64,000 nt of DNA from a virus. The stretch spans positions 64,001-128,000 of the IMG/VR virus record IMGVR_UViG_3300050821_010764; one strand, written 5' to 3'. Positions 39,086-48,336 of this stretch are shown piece after piece. How positions within the stretch are numbered: the first letter of the stretch is position 1; each line of letters starts with the position of its first letter. The position numbers were made by a program, and so were the translations under genes. The notes beneath the pieces are model-generated. The model made no database searches. It saw only the letters and a list, made by a program, of their open reading frames with translations, and was not told where the DNA came from.

Positions 39086-40045
39086 ATGGCAATTGGCGAT
39101 AGATCAATAGAAAATATAATCATATATGATGAGAACGGTAATCAACTTACTAGTTTTAACTCACCAACTGAAGATATTCCAATTTCTCAGAGTGCCTCAT
39201 GGCTTGATTATGCTTTTAATCAGTCAGATGGTACGTTAGATACTACTCAATTTTGGACCAGCACTGTGGTAGGAACAGGAACGGCTACTCAAGGTAGTGG
39301 TGTTGGAACTTTATCTACTGGTACCACGGCTAATTCCACAGTTTCTTTACAGAGTCCTATTTCTCGTCTTCTGCCGGCGACCACAAATGCATTTCAAGCG
39401 GACGTGCAAACAGGAAATACAGGAGTCGCTAATAACAATCGTTTGTGGGGTGTTTTTGATGCCAATAACGGATATTTTTTCAAGTTAGCAGGTACGACCT
39501 TACAATTCGTAACGCGCAAGGCAACTGTCGATAGTACCACTAACATTACTTTATTTACCTTGGATACTAATTTCCATAGATATAAAATTGTGTACAATGG
39601 TATGGGAGCGGTCGCATCTGTTGATGGAATTGTAGTAGTTACTCTGACAATGAATCCGGCTGCCGTTCTTACCGCCAATGATAACTTACCTATTCGTTTA
39701 GAAAATGACAACTCTGGTGGATTAGCAACCAATCAAACTCTTTTAGTTAGATCGGTCGGAGTAGATGGGCATGGAATATTAGGACGCAGATCAAGATTTG
39801 TTCGTCTGAATGCGGCGGCTACTACAGTAGTAAAAAGAGGTCCGGGAACTTTGCGCAAAATAATGGTTAATAACGGAGCATTAGCAGCCACCGTTACGAT
39901 TACAGATAATACAGCCGCAGGTGGAACCGCTATCGGCGTGATTAATGCTGCTAATCCTGGTTCTTTCATTTATGATTTAGATTTTAACGTCGGTTTAACT
40001 GTAGTTATTGCAGGTACACCCGACATAACCGTTGTATATGAATAA
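39086..40045 (+). CDS. Modular fibre-like protein 5 with a possible lectin/ConA-like beta-sandwich
   Basis: IIIYDENGNQ N-terminal module; FHRYKIVY...ASVDG; likely start at 39086. Confidence 0.6.
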   Translation: MAIGDRSIENIIIYDENGNQLTSFNSPTEDIPISQSASWLDYAFNQSDGTLDTTQFWTSTVVGTGTATQGSGVGTLSTGTTANSTVSLQSPISRLLPATTNAFQADVQTGNTGVANNNRLWGVFDANNGYFFKLAGTTLQFVTRKATVDSTTNITLFTLDTNFHRYKIVYNGMGAVASVDGIVVVTLTMNPAAVLTANDNLPIRLENDNSGGLATNQTLLVRSVGVDGHGILGRRSRFVRLNAAATTVVKRGPGTLRKIMVNNGALAATVTITDNTAAGGTAIGVINAANPGSFIYDLDFNVGLTVVIAGTPDITVVYE

Positions 40046-40055
40046 GGGGCTGTAA

Positions 40056-40799
40056 ATGAGTATTAGCGATTTACTTTCATTATCACAGCACCTCGAAGTG
40101 CAAAGTGGAACTGTGAGCGGCTATATCGCCACATCTGCTACGACATCAGTGACTGTTCGTGCAACAATTTATACTCCACAAGGCGCTAATGCACAACGTA
40201 GTATTGTATCAACCAATGTTAATGATACGGCAGCGGGAACTGGTGCAAGAACTATTTTGATTACATATTTAAGCACAGACATGGCATCCTATAAAACAGA
40301 CACCGTCACTTTGAATGGGACTACAGCTGTTAACACCAATGCAACAGATATAGCTTTGATTGAAAAAATGACCGTAGCTACTAGTGGAAGTAGTGGAGGC
40401 AATGCTGGAACTATAAATTTTCTTACTGGACTTGCTGGAGCTGGCTCTATCTGGGGCTCTATTGCCACTGGTGATGGTCAAACATTTTGGTGTCATCACT
40501 ATGTGATCACTGGGAAAACGTTCTACATAGCGGCTGTTACCGCCGCTGCGACCGCCACTAATGGACAAGTAAGCATTCTACAGATTGCTAATCCAACATC
40601 CGTCCCCCAGGGACCACAATTACAGGTAGTCTCTACTTATTTACATGGCAATCAAACTACTGCCGGATTTCCTCCTGTAGATAAAGAAATTCAAGCGGCA
40701 AATCCTATTGTGGGACCAGCTATCATATTTCTCAACGAAAGACCGGCAGCTGTTACTGCCTCTACAACTCACGCATCATTTGAATATATTCAATTCTAA
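40056..40799 (+). CDS. Modular fibre-like protein 6
   Basis: VRATIY.PQGANAQRS...WCHHY domain. Confidence 0.7.
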   Translation: MSISDLLSLSQHLEVQSGTVSGYIATSATTSVTVRATIYTPQGANAQRSIVSTNVNDTAAGTGARTILITYLSTDMASYKTDTVTLNGTTAVNTNATDIALIEKMTVATSGSSGGNAGTINFLTGLAGAGSIWGSIATGDGQTFWCHHYVITGKTFYIAAVTAAATATNGQVSILQIANPTSVPQGPQLQVVSTYLHGNQTTAGFPPVDKEIQAANPIVGPAIIFLNERPAAVTASTTHASFEYIQF

Positions 40800-40868
40800 T
40801 TCTACTAACAATTCAGCATATAGTTGAAATAATAAAGTCGGACGCAAACTTCAACTAAGGGGAAAAGC

Positions 40869-41777
40869 ATGACAGTTACAGCAGTTACCATTCCAACTCC
40901 ACCAAATAGCAATCTAGATCGTGCTATGTTCGTATGGATACCACAGGTGGGTGGAGCAAGTGATCCATTAAGTTCCGACACCAATATGCAGAATCTGCTA
41001 AACTGGTGTACTAACAACGGAATCAACGTACTTTTCTTGGATATCTGGGTTTACTTGGGTGGTGGAAATTTCTCTACTACACACGCACAAACTTTCCAGA
41101 AATTTATTCATTTTGCTCACGCTTCAGGCATTCGTGTTCTAGCACTTGGCGGAAATACTGATTGGGGACACAATCAACAATGGGTTATGGCAAATGTTGT
41201 TAAGAACATTGCCCAATATCAAGCTTACTGCGCAAATAACTCAACTAACACCGAGGGTGGTTTTGATGGTGTTATTCTAGATGCAGAATACTGGACCGTT
41301 AACGGTTACACCTCTACTGAACCAACGGGTATGTGTGATCTTATGAAGGCTATGCGTTCTGTTCTACAACTACCAGTTGGATTCGCTCCAACTCAGTGGT
41401 TGACTGACCCACTTAGTGCGGCATTGTCTTTCACTTATGACGGTTACACTGGTCTAGAGGGATATCATTTGATGAGACACGCAGATTTCTGTGTCATTCA
41501 AGCTTACTCTAACAGTGCTACCACTCAAACTAGCATGTTGCAAAACTGGTTTAACTACGCAAGCCAATCCGGATTCAATCTTGGATTGTACTGTGCCTCT
41601 TTGACTGATACCGGACAAGGAAGCGCTTCTTACTGGACTGGTTCTGCTGGCGCAAAAGCAACTATGGAGACCGCTCACACCACTATCTCTGGTAATTTTA
41701 CTGCTTCGCCTAATACTAATGCAAGTTTTAGAGGTCAAGCTATTGAACAGTATTCTTCTTACAAAAACATGACCTAA
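40869..41777 (+). CDS. Putative glycoside hydrolase-like TIM-barrel protein
   Basis: GINVLFLD, AHASGIRVLAL and GFDGVILDAE (resembling the GH18 DGxDxDxE motif). Confidence 0.55.
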   Translation: MTVTAVTIPTPPNSNLDRAMFVWIPQVGGASDPLSSDTNMQNLLNWCTNNGINVLFLDIWVYLGGGNFSTTHAQTFQKFIHFAHASGIRVLALGGNTDWGHNQQWVMANVVKNIAQYQAYCANNSTNTEGGFDGVILDAEYWTVNGYTSTEPTGMCDLMKAMRSVLQLPVGFAPTQWLTDPLSAALSFTYDGYTGLEGYHLMRHADFCVIQAYSNSATTQTSMLQNWFNYASQSGFNLGLYCASLTDTGQGSASYWTGSAGAKATMETAHTTISGNFTASPNTNASFRGQAIEQYSSYKNMT

Positions 41778-41798
41778 TATTTGCTTAATTAGGTAATT

Positions 41799-41836
41799 AG
41801 CGCCTGGCAACGAAAGTTGCTGGGCGTTTCTGTTTT
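41799..41836 (+). terminator. Intrinsic terminator
   Basis: AGCGCCTGGCAAC-GAAA-GTTGCTGGGCGTT stem (with G-U pairs) and a T-rich tail. Confidence 0.75.
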
Positions 41837-41887
41837 CAACCTACTAAATTGATATATGATTAAGGGACATTGTGCAAGTGAGGTTAA

Positions 41888-42748
41888 ATGCGAGCTTTGG
41901 TCTTGTCCGGTGGTGGCAGCAAAGGAGCTTATCAGGCAGGTGCACTCAAATATATTTTGGGTGAGCTGAGTGTTGCCTACGATGTCTTCTGTGGTGTCTC
42001 TGTAGGAGCCATTAATTGTTCTTTTCTATCTATGTTTCATAGTGGTCAAGAGGTTGAATCTGCTAATCTTCTTGCGGAGTTATGGTCTAAACTGGATAAT
42101 TCTAAAATTTACAAGCGTTGGTTTCCATTTGGACGCTGGCATGCTCTCTGGAATAAGAGTTTTTTCGATAGTTCACCATTACACACTATGCTGAAAGGCT
42201 ATTTAGACCTAGATAAAATTAGAGCAAGTGGTAAAAAAGTTAATGTAGGAACCGTTTCTTTAAGTTCAGGTAAGTATACCATCTTCGATCAGTCTTCTGA
42301 CCATTTTATTGAAGCAGTTATTGCTTCGGCATCCTTTCCTGGTATGCTGACACCGGTTAAATTTTTAGGACAGTTGTGGACTGATGGTGGAGTCAAGGAA
42401 ATATCGCCCATTAAAAAGGCAATGGAAATGGGAGCCGATGAAATCGACGTTATTATTACATCTCCTCAGACCAGGGTGAAACATTTCATCGAGAATCCGA
42501 CTACTGTAGATATTTTGAAGCGCTCTATTGACCTATCTACTGATAAAATCATGGCAAATGACATTGAGAAGATTCAAATGCACAATACTTTAGCGCAAGC
42601 AGGGCTGGCGGATTATAAGTACGTAAAACTTAACATTTTACGTCCAGATTACAATCTAATTGAGGATTTGCTAGATTTTAGACCGGAAAAAATCAAAGAG
42701 ATGATGGAAAAGGGCTATAAGGACGCTAAATACAAATACACAATGTAA
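41888..42748 (+). CDS. Patatin-like phospholipase
   Basis: GGGSKG, GVSVG nucleophile, ASASFP and DGG. Confidence 0.92.
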   Translation: MRALVLSGGGSKGAYQAGALKYILGELSVAYDVFCGVSVGAINCSFLSMFHSGQEVESANLLAELWSKLDNSKIYKRWFPFGRWHALWNKSFFDSSPLHTMLKGYLDLDKIRASGKKVNVGTVSLSSGKYTIFDQSSDHFIEAVIASASFPGMLTPVKFLGQLWTDGGVKEISPIKKAMEMGADEIDVIITSPQTRVKHFIENPTTVDILKRSIDLSTDKIMANDIEKIQMHNTLAQAGLADYKYVKLNILRPDYNLIEDLLDFRPEKIKEMMEKGYKDAKYKYTM

Positions 42749-42778
42749 TAATTCCATATAGTAACAGGAGAATACTCG

Positions 42779-43096
42779 ATGCCTAACTTTGCCGACCCAC
42801 TAGCGCCCATTGACTACGGTTATGACTTCAATTTCTTTAAGAAATACACCTCTTCAGGTGGGTCATACTCAACTGACGCCAATGTGTTAATCAACATGAA
42901 AGCTCCAACCTATACGGTGACTTTTCAATTAGAATCGGGCGGACCAGTTACTTATTCTTTCAATGGTTTGACTGATCATGGTGATATGACTCTAACTTTG
43001 CCAAGTCAGAACCTTATTTTTGAGAATAGGGTAATTTCTAAGATTTGGTTCAAAGGTTCTGGTGTAGTTCGTATCGAGGCATGGGCAATTAGATAA
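42779..43096 (+). CDS. Small beta-rich putative structural protein
   Basis: AGGAG RBS; 105 aa. Confidence 0.7.
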   Translation: MPNFADPLAPIDYGYDFNFFKKYTSSGGSYSTDANVLINMKAPTYTVTFQLESGGPVTYSFNGLTDHGDMTLTLPSQNLIFENRVISKIWFKGSGVVRIEAWAIR

Positions 43097-43105
43097 GGGG
43101 CAATA

Positions 43106-43462
43106 ATGTCAACAGTATTGTCGCATCAGCCCGGTCAAACGGCAACCATCGTTCAACAAATTCTTAATCTAGATGGTTACAGAGCCGATGGTTATTCTTT
43201 TAGTGGCATTGGTGCACCCATCATAGCTAGAATCATCTATCCCAATTTTATGTTGGCACCTAACTTCCCTCTTATTATGACTAAGTTAGATACCGGCTTG
43301 TATAGTCATTCATTTACATTGCCTAGTGGAGCGGCAGCGGTTGGACTCTACATAGTAGATATTTATTGGTATCATCCTAATACATTAAGTTTGCAACAAG
43401 AGATTGTTCAAATAAATGTAACGGCTCCATTTGGATTATATAGCATTACGGCAGGACCATAA
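43106..43462 (+). CDS. Small Ig-like putative structural protein
   Basis: TGLYSHSFTLP...GLYIVD; two DGY motifs. Confidence 0.65.
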   Translation: MSTVLSHQPGQTATIVQQILNLDGYRADGYSFSGIGAPIIARIIYPNFMLAPNFPLIMTKLDTGLYSHSFTLPSGAAAVGLYIVDIYWYHPNTLSLQQEIVQINVTAPFGLYSITAGP

Positions 43463-44904
43463 TGGCTCAAATTCTTCCACCACTCAATCTTGTTCCTAAT
43501 GCCCCAGGGACTCCTGTAGAAGGTCCAACCGGACCTCAGGGACCTGCTGGTCCGCCTGGCGCTCAAGGTCCAGCTGGACCTCCTGGTAGTGGGGGAAACG
43601 GTGGTGTCTTTGTCTATCGAGATTCAGAACCATCTCCATCAGGCAATGTGTTTGCTACTTGGGCAGGAGCTTATGCAGCCGCTCATGCTACAAAACAACC
43701 AGCTACAATCATCATCGATCAATCATTACATGCGTGCGCTATTCCAACTAATGCTGGCAATTTTGATCTCAGTATAATCTCTCTAGCAGCGATTAGTATT
43801 GACAATGGATCTACTCTAAACATCAATGATGGTGTAACATGGAATCAAGGAGTGCTAAAAATTAGTAATGGATTACAAGTCGTTACTCTATTTTCTTCTC
43901 CAACCACTGCACTTATAACACCAGTCAATGGTGTAAATATAATTCTTGAAAACGGTGGATCTCTTTTTGTTGGAAATATGGGACGCATTGTTGATACTGA
44001 TGTTAATGATGCCGGAGTTAATCTTTATGTCGGAAATAATTGCCAAGTAAGGGGACTTGGTGCCAATGGACAAGTCTTATGGGCTAATGGTAATGGTGGT
44101 GACATAGAAATCACTATTGTTGGAACAGAGGGCGTTAACATTGGCAATGATACGGTAGGCGGAACGTCTCGTGCTACCTTGAACATCAATGTTGAAAGTC
44201 TTTCTAGTGGAAATGTCAGTAATAATGTATTTCCTGGTTCTGATACTAACAATCCAGCAGTTTGGCCATTTTATACGGGAAATACTCCTAGATATAATTA
44301 TTACCAATCTACACAGAACTCTTTGCCATTTGTAAGCGGTTCAATCGCAGGACCACCAACTAATCCTTTTGTTCAACTTGGAACTATGCGTTATGATTCT
44401 GGACAAACTCAACCATTCTGGTGGAATGGAACTACATGGTCTACGGTCGCATATGAACCCGACTATCTGATGGCAACTTTAGCTGCTCCACAGACTACAG
44501 GTCTTACCACGGGTGGGCACGTCAATTTTGATACTGTTCTAGCTAATCGAACCAACCAAGCAGGATACTCTTCTAATGGCAGGCTCTTCATTAACTATTT
44601 TGCCGGGTTCACTACCACAATTAAAGTTATTGGAAATCCTGGCTACTGTGATGGAACTATTTTTTATCAGTGGTGGGACCTAACTAATAATGTGGGCATC
44701 GGCAATGTGGCAAGTAATCTTGTCAATGGTGGCATTTGTCCTGATGTGGTAGCTATTTTGCCCAACACTTATAGTAATGTCAGTATTTTTCTTGAATTAC
44801 GACTGAGATTCGTTAGCTCAGCTACCACCATTGGCGCAACCGGACCCGCTGGAACCGTAATTCTACCTTGGGTTACGCTTGAAGCCATTGGAACCTTCCA
44901 ATAA
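43462..44904 (+). CDS. Collagen-repeat fibre-like protein
   Basis: Eight Gly-X-Y triplets at 43522-43593, then an N/G-rich beta region. Confidence 0.75.
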   Translation: MAQILPPLNLVPNAPGTPVEGPTGPQGPAGPPGAQGPAGPPGSGGNGGVFVYRDSEPSPSGNVFATWAGAYAAAHATKQPATIIIDQSLHACAIPTNAGNFDLSIISLAAISIDNGSTLNINDGVTWNQGVLKISNGLQVVTLFSSPTTALITPVNGVNIILENGGSLFVGNMGRIVDTDVNDAGVNLYVGNNCQVRGLGANGQVLWANGNGGDIEITIVGTEGVNIGNDTVGGTSRATLNINVESLSSGNVSNNVFPGSDTNNPAVWPFYTGNTPRYNYYQSTQNSLPFVSGSIAGPPTNPFVQLGTMRYDSGQTQPFWWNGTTWSTVAYEPDYLMATLAAPQTTGLTTGGHVNFDTVLANRTNQAGYSSNGRLFINYFAGFTTTIKVIGNPGYCDGTIFYQWWDLTNNVGIGNVASNLVNGGICPDVVAILPNTYSNVSIFLELRLRFVSSATTIGATGPAGTVILPWVTLEAIGTFQ

Positions 44905-44921
44905 TCTGATATAGTGAGAGC

Positions 44922-45251
44922 ATGAGAAAGAGTAAGCTAATCAAGAACAAATGCGAGATTGAGTCGTGCACCGTCACTGACCCTCAGCTACTAGAATTGC
45001 ATCATATTGTAGAAAGAACCGAAGTCAATACCACTAATAATACTTTTAATTTAGCTATTTTATGTGGTAATTGTCACGCATTAACCCATACAGGAAGATT
45101 GAAGATTATTGGAGTTTATCCATCAACTCAATTACCTAATGGAAGAACCATAATCTACGAATTAGATGGCAAAAGAAATATTGAAGGTATTGATAAGCCC
45201 TATGTTGAGTTTAAGAATAAGTCGTTTAAGTTGTTTGGAGAAAGTAAATGA
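44922..45251 (+). CDS. HNH-like nuclease
   Basis: CEIESC, LHHI, NLAILCGNCHALTH. Confidence 0.8.
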   Translation: MRKSKLIKNKCEIESCTVTDPQLLELHHIVERTEVNTTNNTFNLAILCGNCHALTHTGRLKIIGVYPSTQLPNGRTIIYELDGKRNIEGIDKPYVEFKNKSFKLFGESK

Positions 45252-45571
45252 GTAAAAATATTGATAAGTCTTTCCTGCGAGATGTTGGTGGTTCTGTTGA
45301 AAAGATTGATGCCTCTGATCCAAATAATTTAAGTAACAAGGTGCTACAAGAACGAGAAACTCGTAGCAGATTGCTTACACATGCTCGTCAATTGGGGTGT
45401 GAAAGAGAAATGTTATTGCTCTTTGCAAAATATGATAAGTTGTTACGCAATTGTACCAATGAAAAAGAGAGATCGGATATGGCTAAACTAGGAGCCGTAG
45501 ATATGTATAGGCTACTAGGTGGTGGCGGCGAGTTGTACGTTGATGGACAACTTGTTTGTAAAGAAAGCTAA
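45248..45571 (+). CDS. Hypothetical protein
   Basis: 107 aa, coupled to its neighbours. Confidence 0.7.
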   Translation: MSKNIDKSFLRDVGGSVEKIDASDPNNLSNKVLQERETRSRLLTHARQLGCEREMLLLFAKYDKLLRNCTNEKERSDMAKLGAVDMYRLLGGGGELYVDGQLVCKES

Positions 45572-45580
45572 GGAAATACA

Positions 45581-45817
45581 ATGAGTGCTAATGAAAAGTT
45601 TGTTGGTGAAGTGCTATGGTTCGACCCGAAGAGGGGTTTCGGATTTATTGGATGGGAGAAGGATGGAGTCAAGCAAAAAGATTTGTTTGTCCACTTCTCG
45701 GATATCTCTTGTGAAGGATTCAAAACCCTCTACAAGGCTCAAAAGGTGTCCTTCGGTCTTGGCGTTAATGTGCGCGGAGATCCAAAGGCAACCGAAGTCG
45801 AAATCCTGAAGAATTAA
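45581..45817 (+). CDS. Cold-shock domain protein
   Basis: GEVLWFDPKRGFGFI (RNP1) and DLFVHFSDI (RNP2), GFKTL. Confidence 0.93.
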   Translation: MSANEKFVGEVLWFDPKRGFGFIGWEKDGVKQKDLFVHFSDISCEGFKTLYKAQKVSFGLGVNVRGDPKATEVEILKN

Positions 45818-46210
45818 TTACTTCTTGACGATGAAAATTTGAATGATTTGGATTATTAGTGATAATAGTCCGGTTAAGAATAAGACTTGAATCTTGAAGA
45901 TGTCTCTATTGGTTTCTTCTGATTGTTTAATCAGTTTGTCCATTTTAAGATCGTGTTCTATTTGAGTTTTGCGAATATCAGCAACTGATGCTGTAATTTC
46001 TTTATTCTTTTCGTGTAAAGTTTTCTTAACTTCAATGGCGGTTTCGTTAACTTCCATTTGAGTTTTACGAATATCAGTTAATACTTCAATAATTTCTTCA
46101 TTCTGTTCAACAACAGATGTTTCAATCTCAATAGCTTTTTTATTGACTTCTAGAATTAATTCCAGGTCGTGTTTTTTGATATTTTCGTTGGGATTTATCT
46201 TGTCGACCAT
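45818..46210 (-). CDS. Coiled-coil protein with a C-terminal transmembrane helix
   Basis: GAGG RBS; VLFLTGLLSLIIQIIQIFIV-KK. Confidence 0.75.
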   Translation of the reverse strand: MVDKINPNENIKKHDLELILEVNKKAIEIETSVVEQNEEIIEVLTDIRKTQMEVNETAIEVKKTLHEKNKEITASVADIRKTQIEHDLKMDKLIKQSEETNRDIFKIQVLFLTGLLSLIIQIIQIFIVKK

Positions 46211-46224
46211 GGTTCCTCATCTGG

Positions 46225-46398
46225 TTATTTCTTTTCGTTCTTCTTTTCTTTCCTGACTTTAATTTTGGTGATAACTTTATCACATTTTTCATTTAACTTT
46301 TCATAATCTTCCAATATTTCTGATTCCACATTCTCTGTTTGTGATGGGATACTAGAAATAACCATTTCAATAGCTGTGCTTAATTGTTTACGTTGCAT
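46225..46398 (-). CDS. Small hypothetical protein (57 aa, MQRKQLSTAI...)
   Basis: Fills the gap between two minus-strand genes; AAGGTG RBS; translated by hand. Confidence 0.55.
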   Translation of the reverse strand: MQRKQLSTAIEMVISSIPSQTENVESEILEDYEKLNEKCDKVITKIKVRKEKKNEKK

Positions 46399-46400
46399 GA

Positions 46401-46793
46401 TTACACCTTTGGAGGAAGTGGTTTCGTGTCTAAAACCACAATATCAGCATTTTCTTTGGCGAAATCCTCATCTGATAGATTCAGTTCGTCATAATACTCT
46501 TCTTTAATGCTGAAGGTTGATCTTTCTCTAGTTGGAATGAACGTCTCCCTATCAAAAGGAATATTCATTTTGGTAACTATGGGTGCCATTTGACGCACTG
46601 TAAGTGCGTTTCTTTTGCTAAAAATGGAGCCGGAGGTTTTGGACTTCTCTAACTGTTCCAATGTATAGTCGTAGTGTCTTTTATCCAATAAATTGATAGA
46701 CGAAAGGGCTTTAACTGTCAGATTCAAATCTGCCAGACTAACATTTCGTTTAGAAAAATTGGTAAGCCAAAAGGCAGGTGGTTCTGGTTTCAT
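46401..46793 (-). CDS. Hypothetical protein
   Basis: 130 aa. Confidence 0.7.
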   Translation of the reverse strand: MKPEPPAFWLTNFSKRNVSLADLNLTVKALSSINLLDKRHYDYTLEQLEKSKTSGSIFSKRNALTVRQMAPIVTKMNIPFDRETFIPTRERSTFSIKEEYYDELNLSDEDFAKENADIVVLDTKPLPPKV

Positions 46794-46862
46794 GTAAGTA
46801 CACTATAATGTGAGCATATTCATAAATTGCCACTAATAATGTAGTATAGAAAGAGGAGAATC

Positions 46863-47762
46863 ATGACAATTAAAGCGCGAGGCGAATTAATCGATGTCAC
46901 CGATCAGGTTAATTTAACTGTACAATTTAGAGATACCTCAGGGAACCCGGTGGATACCGACTCCTTCCCTACAATTTCTATTATTCAACCAAGCGGCTTG
47001 GTTGCCTTAGCTCCCACCTCGGCAGGAGTAGCTCGCATCGGCGTTGGCAAATACTCTTTCATTTACACAATTCCTATCAATGGTCCTTATGGCGTTTTCA
47101 ATGATGTCTGGGTTGGATTCATCAATGGATATCGAGTAGAAACCAATTTTGAGTTTATTGTTCTCCATACTCAGACTCCAGGCATCAACACAGACGGATA
47201 CGTTCATCTTGGAGATGATCCAGGTTTTGATTACTCCCAAGCCGCCATCAAGAATATCAATAAGCTATTGAAATCTTTGAAAGCCAGATTGAATAGCTCC
47301 GGTAAAGCTAAATCTACTGACGGATACGGCAATGTTATCTATGTCGACTGCGATATTTTCTCTGTCGACATGCTAGTTACCTTTTTAGCAACTGCTTTGT
47401 GGGATTTTAACCAAGTTCCCTTTTTTACTTTCTTCCAGTTCGATGACGATAGTTTCGTAGAACAATTCGGAGAAATTCTGGTCGAAGGCGCCACATTATA
47501 TGCTTTAGCATCTAAAGCATTGATTGAGCGTGGTCGTGAGTTTCAGGTTACTGATAATGGATTGAATTTCAATCCACCAACCGTCAGCGAATTGATGAAC
47601 ACTCAATATAGCACATTACTTTCTCATTATTGGGAGAAGTTAAAGTTCATCAAGGCAAGCTTGCGTCCAGCTCCAAGAGGCTTGGGTGTCTTCAGCATGA
47701 ACTCCGCTATCAACCCGGCTTTTGCTCGATTGAGACATCTTCGTGCAAGACGTCTTATTTAA
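46863..47762 (+). CDS. Putative neck/head-tail adaptor protein with an N-terminal Ig-like domain
   Basis: GAGGAG RBS; helical C-terminal domain with QVTDNGLNFN hairpin; two DGY motifs. Confidence 0.55.
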   Translation: MTIKARGELIDVTDQVNLTVQFRDTSGNPVDTDSFPTISIIQPSGLVALAPTSAGVARIGVGKYSFIYTIPINGPYGVFNDVWVGFINGYRVETNFEFIVLHTQTPGINTDGYVHLGDDPGFDYSQAAIKNINKLLKSLKARLNSSGKAKSTDGYGNVIYVDCDIFSVDMLVTFLATALWDFNQVPFFTFFQFDDDSFVEQFGEILVEGATLYALASKALIERGREFQVTDNGLNFNPPTVSELMNTQYSTLLSHYWEKLKFIKASLRPAPRGLGVFSMNSAINPAFARLRHLRARRLI

Positions 47763-48336
47763 TTTTCTCAATCGTTACTTGCGATTGTTTATCTAGTAGT
47801 TTATACTTTCCTTGGAAGACTGACAAGAAAGCATCAATAGCTAGTTTAGGTCTATCCAGTAGTTGTGGGGCTAGGCTCCATTGATAGTCATCAAAGGTCA
47901 TGATGCCGCCCGCCCTTAGCAGTCCCCAAGATAAGACGGCATCTTCCAAGACGGCAGCAGCATTATGAGCGCCATCAATGTAGATAAAATCATAAGCTGT
48001 GGTGGGAAGCTTCCTCAAAATGTCCTGAGAATCTCCGCTCATCTTCTGTACTGCATTAGGTCTACCCAATGCAGCTATGTTATGGTCGAAGTTACTCTCC
48101 ATTAAAGATGGATCTAGTTTCAAACCTTGGGCTTGAAATGACCAATTATCAATACAGTCTATGAAACTAGTAGAATGTGTTAATACATTTTGTAATAACC
48201 AAACCGCCGCTCGCCCCTCAAAGGTTCCTATCTCTAGAAAAGTTAGATTGGGTTGATCAATAAATTTTGCTAGGTTCTTTTTCCACTGTGGAATGTGTTG
48301 CGAGAACCAATCTTGGGAAAACTTAAATTCAGGCAT
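47755..48336 (-). CDS. Class I SAM-dependent methyltransferase (Methyltransf_24-like)
   Basis: LEIGTFEG, DFIYIDGAH, GGIMTFDDY. Confidence 0.88.
   Translation of the reverse strand: MPEFKFSQDWFSQHIPQWKKNLAKFIDQPNLTFLEIGTFEGRAAVWLLQNVLTHSTSFIDCIDNWSFQAQGLKLDPSLMESNFDHNIAALGRPNAVQKMSGDSQDILRKLPTTAYDFIYIDGAHNAAAVLEDAVLSWGLLRAGGIMTFDDYQWSLAPQLLDRPKLAIDAFLSVFQGKYKLLDKQSQVTIEKIK

Noticed and set aside
33349-40799. Diversity-generating retroelement TR/VR pair
   Set aside because: Repeats differ at many synonymous positions rather than specifically at adenines, and no reverse transcriptase is in the window.
41888-42748. Patatin as part of a CBASS defence operon
   Set aside because: No adjacent CD-NTase or Cap2/Cap3; the nucleotidyltransferases here are CCA-class and distant.
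44922-45251. HNH as an intron-encoded or mobile homing endonuclease
   Set aside because: Flanking genes are intact, no intron structure is visible, and the gene is short and operonic.
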